From an uncultured delta proteobacterium (lineage in GTDB: Bacteria > Myxococcota > Myxococcia > SLRQ01): a stretch of 64,000 bases of DNA. The number at the start of each line of letters is the position of its first letter. Position 1 is the stretch's first letter. The stretch spans positions 576,001 to 640,000 of the forward strand of contig CAVSGM010000001.1 in assembly GCA_963727485.1 (NCBI GenBank), in the 5' to 3' direction. Under the pieces are notes generated by a model, which was not told the DNA's origin, did no database searches, and worked only from the letters and a program-made list of their open reading frames with translations. Of this stretch, positions 20,592-31,428 are shown in pieces. Made by a program: the position numbers and the translations under genes.

Positions 20592-22240
20592 TCAGCTTCC
20601 GGCGAAGCGATCCACCAGGGCGCGGAGGGTGGCGGCGTCGAAGGGCTTGGCCAGGTGGCGGCCCTGCATGCGATCGAGGAAGGCGCGGGCGCGCTCGGTG
20701 AAGGCGCCGCCGGTGAGGAACCACATCCGCGCCGCCTGGTCCGGGAAGCGTTCGAGGAGCGCCTCGTGGAGCTCCATGCCCGTCATCTCCGGCATCATCA
20801 GGTCGCAGAGGATGAGATCGAAGCGTTCCCCGGCCTCGAGCTCGGCGAGGGCGGCGGTGGCCTCGGTGTGGAAGAACACCTCGTGGGTGTCCCGGAGCAT
20901 CCGCCGGATCACCGCGCCGATGAGGGTCTCGTCGTCCACCACCAGGACCCGGAGGCGCCGGGGGCGGCCGCCGGCAACTCCGGCGCCGGGGTGCCGGCCG
21001 TCGCCGTCTCCTCCGCGACCGCGGCCGCCTGGGCGGGCGTCGTCTCCTCTTCGGCCGCCGCCGGGATCCGCACCCGGAACCGGGTCCCCACCCCCGCCTG
21101 GCTCTCCACCTCGATGGTGCCGCCGGCCTCCTCGACGATGCCCTTGCACACCGCCAGCCCCAGGCCGGTGCCCACCCCCTCGGGCTTGGTGGTGAAGAAG
21201 GGCTCGAAGATCCGCGGCCGCGCCTCCCGGGGGATCCCCGGACCGTTGTCGATGACGTCGGCGAAGGCGTCGCCCTCGGCGGTGGTGCCGGTGACCAGGC
21301 GGATGGCGTTCGAGGACTCCCGGCCCTCGGGGAGGGCCTGCACCGCGTTGAGCAGGAGGTTGACGAAGACCTGGCCGAGGCGCGCGTCGTTGACCGTCAC
21401 CAGGGGCGGGGACCCGTAGTCCTTGGTGAGGACCGCCCGGTGGCGCAGCTGGTTCCACACCACCCCCAGGGCGGCGTCGAGGACCTGGCGCAGGTCCACC
21501 ACCGCGCGGCCATCGGCGTGGCGGCGTCCCAGGTGCTTCATCTCCCGGGCCAGGGTGCCCACCCGGACCACGCCCTCCCGGGCCTCGAGGAGGCGCTCGC
21601 GGAGGTCGTCGAGACGCTCCTTGCCCCTGGAGGTCTCCTCGAGGCCCTCGAGGGCCTCATCGAGGTTCGCCAGGATCCAGGTGAGGGGGTTGTTGATCTC
21701 GTGGGCGGCGCCGGCGGCCAGGGCGCCGAGGGCGGCGAGGCTCTCGGCGTGCTCGCGCTCCCGGAGGGCCCGGTCGTGGACCTCCTGGACGTCGCGGGTG
21801 GCGGTGATCACCAGGGCCACCCGGCCCTCGACCCGCACCGGCGCCAGGCGGCTCTCCACCAGGCGGTAGGTCCCGTCGCCGCAGCGCACCCGGTAGCGCA
21901 CCGGGAGGCGGTTGCCCTTCACCGCCGGCGGCAGCTCGGCGAGGAAGCGTGCCCGGTCCTCGGGATGGACGTACTCGGCCGGGTGGTGGCCCACCACCTC
22001 GGCCGGGCGGTGGCCCCATCGGGCGAGGCCCTCGGAGAGGTAGAGGTAGACGCCGTCCCGGTCGTGGACGGCGACCAGGTCGCAGGCGTCGTCGAGGGCC
22101 AGGCGCGCCAGGTCCGCCGGAAAGCCGGGCTCGGTGACGCAGCCCCCAGGCGACGCCCGCAGGATTCGGGTGATCTGGTCGACGGTCTCCTGGGACCAGG
22201 CAGCCTGGGCTGCCGACCTCCTGCCGCGATCGGACACGTT
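20592..22240 (-). CDS. PAS hybrid histidine kinase with C-terminal receiver domain; apparent frameshift near 20970 (start uncertain)
   Basis: VHPED PAS, AHEINNPL, NLLLNA, PFFTTK, GTGLGL; VLVVDDE, DLMMPEMTG, KPF in the second frame. Confidence 0.88.
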
Positions 22241-22334
22241 ACCCCCTCTGCCTACTCTCTCTCCGGGATGTCCCACCGGTCAAATCCCCGAGCGTGGACG
22301 GGTGCGGGCAGGGGGGATATGTCCTCCCCACGCC

Positions 22335-23294
22335 ATGGCCGCCTCCCGTCCCGCATCCCCGGCCGAAGCCGTCGCCCCCACCGTGGTGGCCCGAGGTCTC
22401 CAGAAGCGCTTCGGGGACCTCTCGGCGGTGGCCGGGGTCGACTTCGAGATCGCCCCCGGCGAGTGCTTCGGCTTCCTCGGCCCCAACGGCGCCGGGAAGA
22501 CCACCACCATGCGGATGATCTCCTGCGCGGTGCCGGTGACCGCCGGCGAGCTCACCGTGCTCGGCCTCGACGTCCGCACCCGGCCCCGGGCGGTGAAGCG
22601 GCACCTCGGCGTGGTGCCCCAGGAGAACAACCTCGACGAGGAGCTCACGGTCCGCGAGAACCTCATCCTCTACGGCCACTACTTCGACCTTCCGCGGGCC
22701 GAGGCGGCGGCGCGGGCCGATCGGCTCATCGATTTCGTGCAGCTCGTCGACAAGACCGGCGCCAAGGTCGAGGCCCTCTCCGGGGGGATGAAGCGGCGCC
22801 TGCTCATCGCCCGGGCCCTGGTCTCCGAGCCGCGCCTGGTGATCCTCGACGAGCCCACCACCGGCCTCGATCCCCAGTCGCGCCACCACGTGTGGGATCG
22901 CCTGGAGGCGCTCAAGGCCGAGAACCGCACCCTGGTGCTCACCACCCACTACATGGACGAGGCGGAGGTCCTCTGCGACCGCCTGGTGGTGATGGAGCAG
23001 GGGCGGTTCATCGCCGAGGGCCGGCCCCGGCAGCTCATCCTCGAGCATGTGGGTCGCGACGTGGTGGAGGTCGCCGGCCCCGAGGCGGTGCGCCGGCGGA
23101 TCCTCGAGCGCTACCAGGCGAAGGTCGGCGGCGCCGAGATGGTCCGGGACAAGCTCTTCCTCTACACCGGCGACGCCGACGCCCTGCTCCACGACCTCAC
23201 CGGCGGCGGCTTCGAGGGCGTCACCCTCTACGCGCGGCGCGCCACCCTCGAGGACGTGTTCTTGAGGCTCACCGGCCGGGGGCTCCGGGAGTGA
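22335..23294 (+). CDS. ABC transporter ATP-binding protein, NodI-like
   Basis: GPNGAGKTT, LSGGMKRR, ILDEPTTGLDPQ, TTHYMDE. Confidence 0.93.
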   Translation: MAASRPASPAEAVAPTVVARGLQKRFGDLSAVAGVDFEIAPGECFGFLGPNGAGKTTTMRMISCAVPVTAGELTVLGLDVRTRPRAVKRHLGVVPQENNLDEELTVRENLILYGHYFDLPRAEAAARADRLIDFVQLVDKTGAKVEALSGGMKRRLLIARALVSEPRLVILDEPTTGLDPQSRHHVWDRLEALKAENRTLVLTTHYMDEAEVLCDRLVVMEQGRFIAEGRPRQLILEHVGRDVVEVAGPEAVRRRILERYQAKVGGAEMVRDKLFLYTGDADALLHDLTGGGFEGVTLYARRATLEDVFLRLTGRGLRE

Positions 23295-24073
23295 GGACCG
23301 TCCTCGGCATCTCCTGGCGCGGCGCCACCCACGTGTGGTGGCGCAACTTCGTGGTCTACCGCAAGACCTGGAAGCTCAACCTCCTCCCCAACTTCTTCGA
23401 GCCGGTGTTCTACCTGGTGGGGATGGGCATCGGGCTGGGCGCCTACGTCTCCCGGGGCATCGAGGGGATGCCGTACCTGGTCTACATCGCGCCGGGGCTG
23501 GTGGCCTCCTCGGCGATGAACGGCGCGAGCTTCGAGACCACCTACAACGTGTTCGTCAAGCGCCACTTCCAGAAGGCCTACGCGGCGATCACCGCCACCC
23601 CCATCAACATCGAGGACGCGATGGTGGGGGAGCTGCTGTGGGCCACCACCCGGGGGCTGGTCTACGGCGCCATCTTCGACCTGGTGGTGGTGGCGATGGG
23701 GCTCACCGGGATCGGCCGGGGCCTGCTGCTCCTGCCGGTCATCGCCCTGACCAGCCTGGTCTTCGCCGGGGTGGGGATGCTCTTCACCAGCTTCGTGAAG
23801 ACCATCGACGCCTACTCGTTCTACTTCACCCTCTGGCTCACCCCGCTCTTCCTGTTCTCGGGGATCTTCTTTCCCGTCGAGGGCCTGCCCCACTGGGCCC
23901 GGGTCGCCGCCTGGTTCACGCCCCTCTACCACTGCGTGAACCTCGCCAAGGTGGCGGTCCACGGGGGCTTCGGCGCGTCGTCGTGGGTGGATCTCGCCTG
24001 GGGCCTGGCGGTGGGCGCGGCGTGCGCCGTGTGGTCGGTGGTGCGCCTGCGCCGGGGCTTCCTCGCCGGGTGA
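23291..24073 (+). CDS. ABC-2 permease, NodJ-like
   Basis: [23 protein letters not shown]; multiple TM segments; GTGA overlap. Confidence 0.9.
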   Translation: MRTVLGISWRGATHVWWRNFVVYRKTWKLNLLPNFFEPVFYLVGMGIGLGAYVSRGIEGMPYLVYIAPGLVASSAMNGASFETTYNVFVKRHFQKAYAAITATPINIEDAMVGELLWATTRGLVYGAIFDLVVVAMGLTGIGRGLLLLPVIALTSLVFAGVGMLFTSFVKTIDAYSFYFTLWLTPLFLFSGIFFPVEGLPHWARVAAWFTPLYHCVNLAKVAVHGGFGASSWVDLAWGLAVGAACAVWSVVRLRRGFLAG

Positions 24074-24188
24074 GCGCGCGCCGCTCCGGCCGAGGGGCGC
24101 CCCCGCGTCGCTTGCGCCCGCGCGCCTCGCGGCCTACCCGTGGTCACCGACCTTCTACCGATCAGGACCTGCGATGAGGAGACACGCG

Positions 24189-25166
<978 letters not shown>

Positions 25167-25175
25167 CGGGGAGGT

Positions 25176-25204
25176 GCGCCGGCGTCCGCTGGGGGCGCCG
25201 GCGC
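25176..25204. terminator. GC-rich hairpin between convergent genes
   Basis: GCGCCGGCG ... CGCCGGCGC inverted repeat; no U-tract. Confidence 0.45.
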
Positions 25205-25205
25205 G

Positions 25206-25919
25206 TCAGTTCCCCTCGGCCGCGGCGTAGCAGACGTCGACCACGTAGGTCACCGCGGTCCCGAGGAGGGCCCCGGCGAGGACGTCGGTGAGGTAGTGCC
25301 GATCGTCCTGGATCCGCGAGAGCCCCACGAACCCCGCCACCGCGTACGCCGGCAGCCCCCACTGCCACCCGTAGCGCTGCCACACGAACGTGGCCCAGGC
25401 AAAGGCGCTGCTGGTGTGCCCCGAGGGGAAGGAGCGGTGGTCGTGGCCGTCGGGGCGCAGGCGCCCCACGCCGACCTTGAGGACGCCGGTGAGCCCGGCG
25501 GTGATCGACTGGCTCACGAAGAAGGCCTCGAGGTCGGTCCACCGGCGCGCCCGCTCCGGCTTGGGGCCGAGGGTGGCGAGGCCCAGGAGGGCGGCGCCGG
25601 TGCCGGCGAGGAGGACGGTCGGGGCGTTCTGGCCCAGGACGTCGGCGCCGCCGAGGGGGCGGGCGGTGGTGGCCCAGGCGGTGACCGCCGCGTCCTTGGA
25701 CGGCAGGGCGGCGACCCCGGCGACGACGAGGGAGAAGCTGCCGAGCTTGAGGCCCGCGTGGTCGATCAGGTGGTCCCAGGCCCGGGCGGCGACGGTGCTC
25801 GGGCGGGGCGCCGCGCGGGTGGCGGCGGCGGGCGCCGGCGCGGGGGCGGCCGGCGTCCCGGCGTGGGCGGCGGCGGGGAGCGCCAGGGCGACGAGGAGGA
25901 TCAGGGTGGGGCGGTGCAC
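25206..25919 (-). CDS. PAP2 family phosphatase
   Basis: KVGVGRLRP, SFPSGH, SRIQDDRHYLTDV. Confidence 0.9.
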   Translation of the reverse strand: MHRPTLILLVALALPAAAHAGTPAAPAPAPAAATRAAPRPSTVAARAWDHLIDHAGLKLGSFSLVVAGVAALPSKDAAVTAWATTARPLGGADVLGQNAPTVLLAGTGAALLGLATLGPKPERARRWTDLEAFFVSQSITAGLTGVLKVGVGRLRPDGHDHRSFPSGHTSSAFAWATFVWQRYGWQWGLPAYAVAGFVGLSRIQDDRHYLTDVLAGALLGTAVTYVVDVCYAAAEGN

Positions 25920-25989
25920 GGCCCCGGAGCATACCCGGGTCCGGGCGCTCCCGGCCAAGATGTCACCGTCGCCGGGCGGGCGCCGGGGG

Positions 25990-26374
25990 CTAGTAGCCGC
26001 GCATCTTCACCGCGGCGACCAGGCGACCCATGTTCCGCTCGAGGTAGCTGCGGAAGTCGTCCCGGTCGACGACCATGTCGGAGAGCACGTCGTCGAGGAG
26101 GTCCTCGAACACCCGCGTCTCCGCGTCGGGGAGCCGCCGCATGGCCATGGCGATCTTGAGGAGCGCCACCGGGTAGAGCGGGTCGACGGTCTCACCGCCG
26201 CCGACCGCCTCGGTGGGCTCGCTGCGACCGGCGGGCTCGGCGAGCTCGATCCGGTGATGCTCGGTGGCGGGCGCCGGGGCCCGTGCGGTCTCGTGGAGCT
26301 CGTTCTCGGGTTCCGCCTCGACCACGGCGACGCGGGACTTGAGGCCGCCTGCCCCCAGGTAGCGCTCGGTCATG
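25990..26374 (-). CDS. Hypothetical protein
   Basis: GGAGG RBS before ATG; helical C-terminal domain; consensus promoter upstream. Confidence 0.6.
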
Positions 26375-26423
26375 GGCACCTCCCCCATTCGGGTGTCGAC
26401 GTGCACACCATTCGATGCCTGCG

Positions 26424-26452
26424 ACGCTACGCTGCCATACATCTGCTGTCAA
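26424..26452 (-). promoter_or_regulatory. Sigma70-type promoter TTGACA-N17-TAGCGT
   Basis: Perfect -35 box, 17-bp spacer and TANNNT -10 box on the minus strand. Confidence 0.7.
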
Positions 26453-26552
26453 CAACCCGGCCGATGGTGTTAGATCCGGTGATCGTGCCCGGTGATCGGG
26501 GGTCCGATCGGCTTCCCAGATGGCGCCCCGGTGTGGCACCCTGCGCGGCCGG

Positions 26553-27224
26553 ATGCGGGAGCTGCGCTACATCGTGGTCGAGGGACCCATCGGCGTCGGG
26601 AAGACGACGCTCACCAAGGCCCTCACCAAGCGCTTCGGCGGCCGCACCATCTACGAGGTCGTGGAGGAGAACCCGTTCCTCGCGGACTTCTACACCAACC
26701 GCGACAAGTTCGCGTTCCAGACCCAGCTCTTCTTCCTGCTCTCGCGGTTCCGCCAGCAGGAGGACCTGGCGCAGCAGGACCTCTTCGCCCGGGTCACGGT
26801 CTCCGACTACCTCTTCGCCAAGGATCGGATCTTCGCCCAGCTCACCCTCCAGGGGGCGGAGATGGCCCTCTACGACCGGGTCTTCGACGCCCTGGGGCCC
26901 CGGGTCCCGAGGCCCGATCTGGTCATCTATCTCCAGGCGCGGATGGACGTCCTCCTCGAGCGCATCAAGCACCGGGGCCGGCCCTTCGAGCGCAACTTCG
27001 ACAAGGCCTACCTCAAGGGCCTCGCCGAGGCCTACAACAGCTTCTTCTTCCGCTACGACGAGACGCCCCTGCTGGTGGTCGACACCAGCGAGCTCAACCT
27101 CCGCGACTCCCCCGAGGCCCTCGACGCCCTGGTCCGGGAGGTGAAGTCCATGCGCGGGGGGACCCGGCACTTCGTGCCCCGCCTCGAGGCCGCCGGCGGC
27201 GAAGACGAGCCCTCCGAGGGCTGA
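26553..27224 (+). CDS. Deoxynucleoside kinase (dAK/dGK family)
   Basis: EGPIGVGKTT, ENPFLADFY, QLFFLLSR, PDLVIYLQA, RGRPFE. Confidence 0.93.
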   Translation: MRELRYIVVEGPIGVGKTTLTKALTKRFGGRTIYEVVEENPFLADFYTNRDKFAFQTQLFFLLSRFRQQEDLAQQDLFARVTVSDYLFAKDRIFAQLTLQGAEMALYDRVFDALGPRVPRPDLVIYLQARMDVLLERIKHRGRPFERNFDKAYLKGLAEAYNSFFFRYDETPLLVVDTSELNLRDSPEALDALVREVKSMRGGTRHFVPRLEAAGGEDEPSEG

Positions 27225-27334
27225 CGGCGGGCGGCGGGCGGCCGGGTGATGACACGGCGGCCCCGGTGGACTAGGTTCCCCACCGGCGGGCGCCACGGCC
27301 TCGTGGCCGGGTACCACGCCACGTCCCCCACCAG

Positions 27335-27360
27335 CGCCGACCCGAATCCCACGGGCGGCG
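27335..27360 (+). promoter_or_regulatory. Bulged-A hairpin in the panB leader, candidate pan RNA motif
   Basis: CGCCG-A-CCCG / AATCCCA loop / CGGG-CGGCG, 35 nt before the panB ATG. Confidence 0.4.
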
Positions 27361-27395
27361 ACCCCCAAAATACGCAGCACCTACGGAGGTAAACC

Positions 27396-28262
27396 ATGAA
27401 GAAGGTTACCATCCAGACCCTCAGGCAGATGAAGCAGGCGGGCGACAAGGTCGTCATGGTCACCGCCTACGACGCCACCTTCGCCCGCATCCTCGACGAC
27501 GGCGGCGCCGACGTCCTGCTGGTCGGCGACTCCCTGGGCAACGTGATCCAGGGGCAGGACTCCACCCTCCCGGTCACCGTCGACCACATCGTCTACCACA
27601 CGGCCGCGGTGCGCCGGGGGACGAAGCGGGCGCACCTGGTCGCCGACATGCCCTTCATGAGCTACCAGGCCTCGGTCGACGAGGCGGTGAAGAACGCCGG
27701 CCGGCTCATGGCCGAGGGCGGCGCCGAGTCGGTGAAGCTCGAGGGCGGCGCCGAGTACGCCGAGGTGGTCTCGCGCATCGTCCGCGCCGGGATCCCGGTG
27801 ATGGGCCACCTCGGCCTCACCCCCCAGTCGGTCCACGCCCTCGGAGGCTACGTGGTCCAGGGGAAGACCGACGCCGCCGCCGAGAAGCTCCTCGCCGACG
27901 CGCAGGCCCTCGAGGCCGCCGGGATCTACGCCCTGGTCCTCGAGGCGGTGCCCACCGAGGTCGCCCAGAAGGTCACCGAGGCCCTCTCGGTGCCCACCAT
28001 CGGCATCGGCGCCGGGGTGGGCTGCGACGGCCAGGTGCTGGTCTGCTACGACCTGTTCGGCTTCAACCCCGACTTCAAGCCCAAGTTCGTCAAGCGCTTC
28101 GCCGACGGCTACCAGACCCTCCGGGGCGCGGTGGAGACCTACGCCGCCGAGGTCCGGGGCGGCACCTTCCCCGACGACGCCCACAGCTTCCACAAGCCCC
28201 AGGCGGTGCGGGCGGTGGAGGACGACCCGGGGAAGCTGTACGGGAGCGTCGCCGGGAAGTGA
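27396..28262 (+). CDS. panB: 3-methyl-2-oxobutanoate hydroxymethyltransferase
   Basis: [40 protein letters not shown]. Confidence 0.97.
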   Translation: MKKVTIQTLRQMKQAGDKVVMVTAYDATFARILDDGGADVLLVGDSLGNVIQGQDSTLPVTVDHIVYHTAAVRRGTKRAHLVADMPFMSYQASVDEAVKNAGRLMAEGGAESVKLEGGAEYAEVVSRIVRAGIPVMGHLGLTPQSVHALGGYVVQGKTDAAAEKLLADAQALEAAGIYALVLEAVPTEVAQKVTEALSVPTIGIGAGVGCDGQVLVCYDLFGFNPDFKPKFVKRFADGYQTLRGAVETYAAEVRGGTFPDDAHSFHKPQAVRAVEDDPGKLYGSVAGK

Positions 28263-29201
28263 CCGCGCCGCGCGTCATCGAGACCCGGGCCGGGATCGCC
28301 GCCGCCTGCGCCGAGGCCCACCGGGCCGGACGCACGGTGGCGCTGGTCCCCACCATGGGCTTCCTCCACGACGGCCACGCCGCCCTGATGAAGGCGGCGC
28401 GGCCGCGTGCCGAGGTGCTGGTGGCGACCATCTTCGTGAACCCCACCCAGTTCGGGGCCGGCGAGGATCTCGATCGCTATCCGCGCGACCTCGAGGGCGA
28501 CCTCGCGGTGTGCGCGCCGGGAGGGCGTGGATCTCGTGTTCGCCCCGCCGGATCCCGCCGAGATGTACCCGGAGGGGTTCCAGACCTGGGTGGAGGTCGA
28601 GGAGACGACGAAGCACCTGTGCGGCGCCCGGCGGCCCGGCCACTTCCGGGGGGTGACCACCGTGGTCACCAAGCTCTTCAACCTGGTGCGCCCGGAGGTC
28701 GCGGTCTTCGGCGAGAAGGACTTCCAGCAGCTGGTGACCCTGAAGACCATGGCCCGGGACCTCGACATGGGCATCGAGGTCGTCGGGGTGCCCACGGTGC
28801 GCGAGGCCGACGGGCTGGCGCGGTCGTCGCGCAACGCCTACCTCGACGCCTCGGCTCGCGAGCGGGCGCTGGGCATCGTGCGCGGCCTCCGGGCGGCCCA
28901 GGCGGCGTTCGCCGACGGGGAGCGGCGCGCCGGCGCCCTGCGCGCGGTGGTTCTCGAGTCCGTGTCCGGCGGCGCCGACGAGATCGACTACGTGGAGCTC
29001 GCGGATCCGGTGACTCTGGCGCCCCTGGCGGCGGACGCCGAGTGTGGGGCCGAGACCCGGGCGCTGGTGGCGGCGTTCTTCGACAGCGCCGGCGGCCGCA
29101 CCCGCCTCATCGACAACGCGGCCCTCGGAGACACGAGCTCCATCGGTGGGGCCGCGGTTGACCCGCGTCCCGCGGGCGCGTCCCGGGGGGGCGCCCGATG
29201 A
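28259..29201 (+). CDS. panC: Pantoate-beta-alanine ligase; apparent frameshift near 28520
   Basis: [46 protein letters not shown] across two frames. Confidence 0.95.
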
Positions 29202-29671
29202 GCAAGGAGAAGCCAGGCGCCCCGAAGGGGCGGGTGGTGGCGCGCAACAAGGAGGCGCGCCGCCGCTGGGAGATCTCCGACACCCTGGAGGCGGGCCTGG
29301 AGCTCACCGGCACCGAGGTGAAGGCCATCCGCGACGGCAAGGTGCAGCTCGCCGACAGCTACGCCGTGGTCAAGGGCGACCGAATCTTCCTCCTCAATCT
29401 CCACATCGGCCCCTACGCGCCCGCCGGACCCTACGCCCAGCACCAGCCGACGCGGACCCGGCGCCTGCTGCTCAAGCGCGCCCAGATTGAGAAGCTCATC
29501 GGCCAGATGGCCCAGAAGGGCTACAGCCTGGTGCCCCTCGACGTGCACTTCCGCGGCGCCTGGGCCAAGGTCGAGCTCGGTCTCGCCCGCGGCAAGAAGA
29601 CCGAGGACCGCCGCGAGGAGATCAAGAAGCGCACCGCCGACCGCGAGATGGCGCGGGCGTTCAAGCGCTGA
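29198..29671 (+). CDS. smpB: SsrA-binding protein
   Basis: NKEAR, EAGLELTGTEVKAIR, RTRRLLL, LARGKK. Confidence 0.95.
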   Translation: MSKEKPGAPKGRVVARNKEARRRWEISDTLEAGLELTGTEVKAIRDGKVQLADSYAVVKGDRIFLLNLHIGPYAPAGPYAQHQPTRTRRLLLKRAQIEKLIGQMAQKGYSLVPLDVHFRGAWAKVELGLARGKKTEDRREEIKKRTADREMARAFKR

Positions 29672-29688
29672 GCGGGCGGGCTGGGGAC

Positions 29689-30006
29689 GCGGACGCCGGG
29701 TGATGCGGACGCCGGGTGATGCGGACGCCGGGTGATGCGGACGCCGGGTGATGCGGACGCCGGGTGATGCGGACGCCGGGTGATGCGGACGCCGGGTGAT
29801 GCGGACGCCGGGTGATGCGGACGCCGGGTGATGCGGACGCCGGGTGATGCGGACGCCGGGTGATGCGGACGCCGGGTGATGCGGACGCCGGGTGATGCGG
29901 ACGCCGGGTGATGCGGACGCCGGGTGATGCGGACGCCGGGTGATGCGGACGCCGGGTGATGCGGACGCCGGGTGATGCGGACGCCGGGTGATGCGGACGC
30001 CGGGTG
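29689..30006 (+). repeat. Perfect tandem array of the 16-bp unit GCGGACGCCGGGTGAT (19 full copies plus 14 bp)
   Basis: Read and counted directly; no spacers and no variant copies. Confidence 0.97.
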
Positions 30007-30026
30007 TCAGACCCGGATTGTAGAAT
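30005..30026 (+). promoter_or_regulatory. PafBC/RecA-NDp-like promoter TGTCAG-N10-TAGAAT, overlapping hairpin CCGGGT-GTCAG-ACCCGG (30000-30016)
   Basis: Exact spacing of the TGTCGG-N10-TANNNT consensus; 38 bp before the RAYT-like ATG. Confidence 0.6.
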
Positions 30027-30064
30027 CAGTGCTCAATCAGGTTGGGACCGATCGGGGGAATTCG

Positions 30065-30808
30065 ATGTCACGTCAGCAGCCGAAGCCGAAGCCGAAGCCG
30101 AAGCCGCACTCGCACTCGTCTCGACGCACGCGCAGCGCCCGTCGCTCATCGGGTGGCCGCAAGCAGCTCGAGCTGGAGCTGCGGACGTGGGGCGGTCGCC
30201 GGCGGGGCGCCGGCCGCAAGCCCGCCGGCGACCGGTCGGGCGTGTCCCACCGCCGCCGCCAGGCCGTCGCCTCCAGTCACCCTGTCCACGTCACCCTGCG
30301 CGTGCGCCGGCACGTGTGGAACCTGCGGGCCCGCCGGTGTCGGCGGATCCTCGAGGCGGCCTTCGCCTCGGCCCGCGAGCGGAACGGTCTGCGGCTGGTC
30401 CACTACTCCATCCAGGGCAACCACGTGCACCTGCTGGTCGAGGCCCGGGGTCGCGAGGCCCTCGCCCGCGGCGTCCAGGGGCTCTCGGTGCGCATCGCGC
30501 GGGGGCTCAACCGGCTGATGTCCGCCCGAGGCAAGGTGCTCTCGGACCGCTACCACGCCCACGTGCTCCGTACCCCCAAGGAGGTGCGCCACGCCCTGCG
30601 CTACGTCCTGCGCAATGCCGATCGGCACGGCCTCCGGTGGCGGACCGGACCCCGGGGGCCGAAGGTGGATCCCTGCTCCTCCGGGCGCTGGTTCGACGGG
30701 TGGAAAGGCGATCTGGAGCCCGAGTCCTCGCCCCGGCCGGTGTCTCCGCCCGGCACCTGGCTGCTTCGGGTGGGCTGGCGCCGCCACGGTCTGCTGCCCC
30801 TCGCGTGA
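30065..30808 (+). mobile_element. RAYT-like (IS200/Y1 HUH) tyrosine transposase/nuclease
   Basis: HVTLR, YSIQGNHVHLLVE (HUH), DRYHAHVL, ALRYVLRN (catalytic Tyr); basic N-terminus GGRRRGAGRKP; no tnpB. Confidence 0.85.
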
Positions 30809-30837
30809 CGGGGTCCCCTTGCGTGACGGGGTCCCCT
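30803..30837 (+). repeat. Direct repeat GCGTGACGGGGTCCCCT x2, overlapping the RAYT stop codon
   Basis: Copies at 30803-30819 and 30821-30837. Confidence 0.85.
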
Positions 30838-30899
30838 GCGCAACCGGGAGCCCGGCCCTTGCCAGGTGTCCTTCGCCCAGGTGCCATTCGGCATCGCTC

Positions 30900-30965
30900 G
30901 GCCGTGCCAAACGGCGAGCGTGGCCGTGCCAAACGGCGAGCGTGGCCGTGCCAAACGGCGAGCAT
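30900..30965 (+). repeat. REP-like 22-bp unit GGCCGTGCCAAACGGCGAGCGT x3, each containing a GCCGT-GCCAA-ACGGC hairpin
   Basis: Three tandem copies, the last with one mismatch. Confidence 0.9.
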
Positions 30966-30991
30966 GGCGCTTGCCGCCCCGGCCGACTCGC

Positions 30992-31312
30992 CTAGGTGCC
31001 CTTGAGCCCCCCGTGCTCCGGGCACGGGCACAGCTCCCGCAGGAACTCGAAGGTATAGATCCCGGTGTCGTGCCCGTCGGAGAACTTGAAGCCGATGGCG
31101 TACCCGCCGACCAGCGTCATGTCGGTCACGGCCGCGTCGAGGCCGTCGTGGAACACGTGGCCGCCACCGTGGCCCTGACAGCCGGCGCAGGGGCAGTGGC
31201 CCCGCAGGTAGCGCATGGGGTAGCGCGAGACGTGGCCGTCGCTCCAGGTGATCTGGACCTCCTGGCGGCCGCGCTCGGCGACGACGTCCTTGGGCTTCAC
31301 CAGCTCGCTCAT
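30992..31312 (-). CDS. DUF971 (GBBH-like N-terminal) protein
   Basis: WSDGH, LRGHCPCAGC, VGGYAI, FSDGHDTGIY. Confidence 0.9.
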   Translation of the reverse strand: MSELVKPKDVVAERGRQEVQITWSDGHVSRYPMRYLRGHCPCAGCQGHGGGHVFHDGLDAAVTDMTLVGGYAIGFKFSDGHDTGIYTFEFLRELCPCPEHGGLKGT

Positions 31313-31428
31313 GGTCGAGAGGGTGGGCCGGGCCCGGCCCCGCGTCAATCGGATTCCGGCACCCAATCCGCCGATTTCGGGCCCGCCGAGGCGGACTTTG
31401 GCGCCGGGCGGGGTATACAGATGGGCCC

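Noticed and set aside
28500..28540. Programmed frameshift or pseudogene in panC
   Set aside because: No slippery sequence is evident, both halves are intact, and similar indels occur throughout the window, so a sequencing error is more likely.
29689..30006. CRISPR array
   Set aside because: The units are contiguous 16-mers with no spacers, and there are no cas genes in the window.
30065..30808. Complete IS200/IS605 element with TnpB or IscB
   Set aside because: No RuvC-type ORF is adjacent, and the motifs and repeat context fit a RAYT-like solo Y1 protein better.
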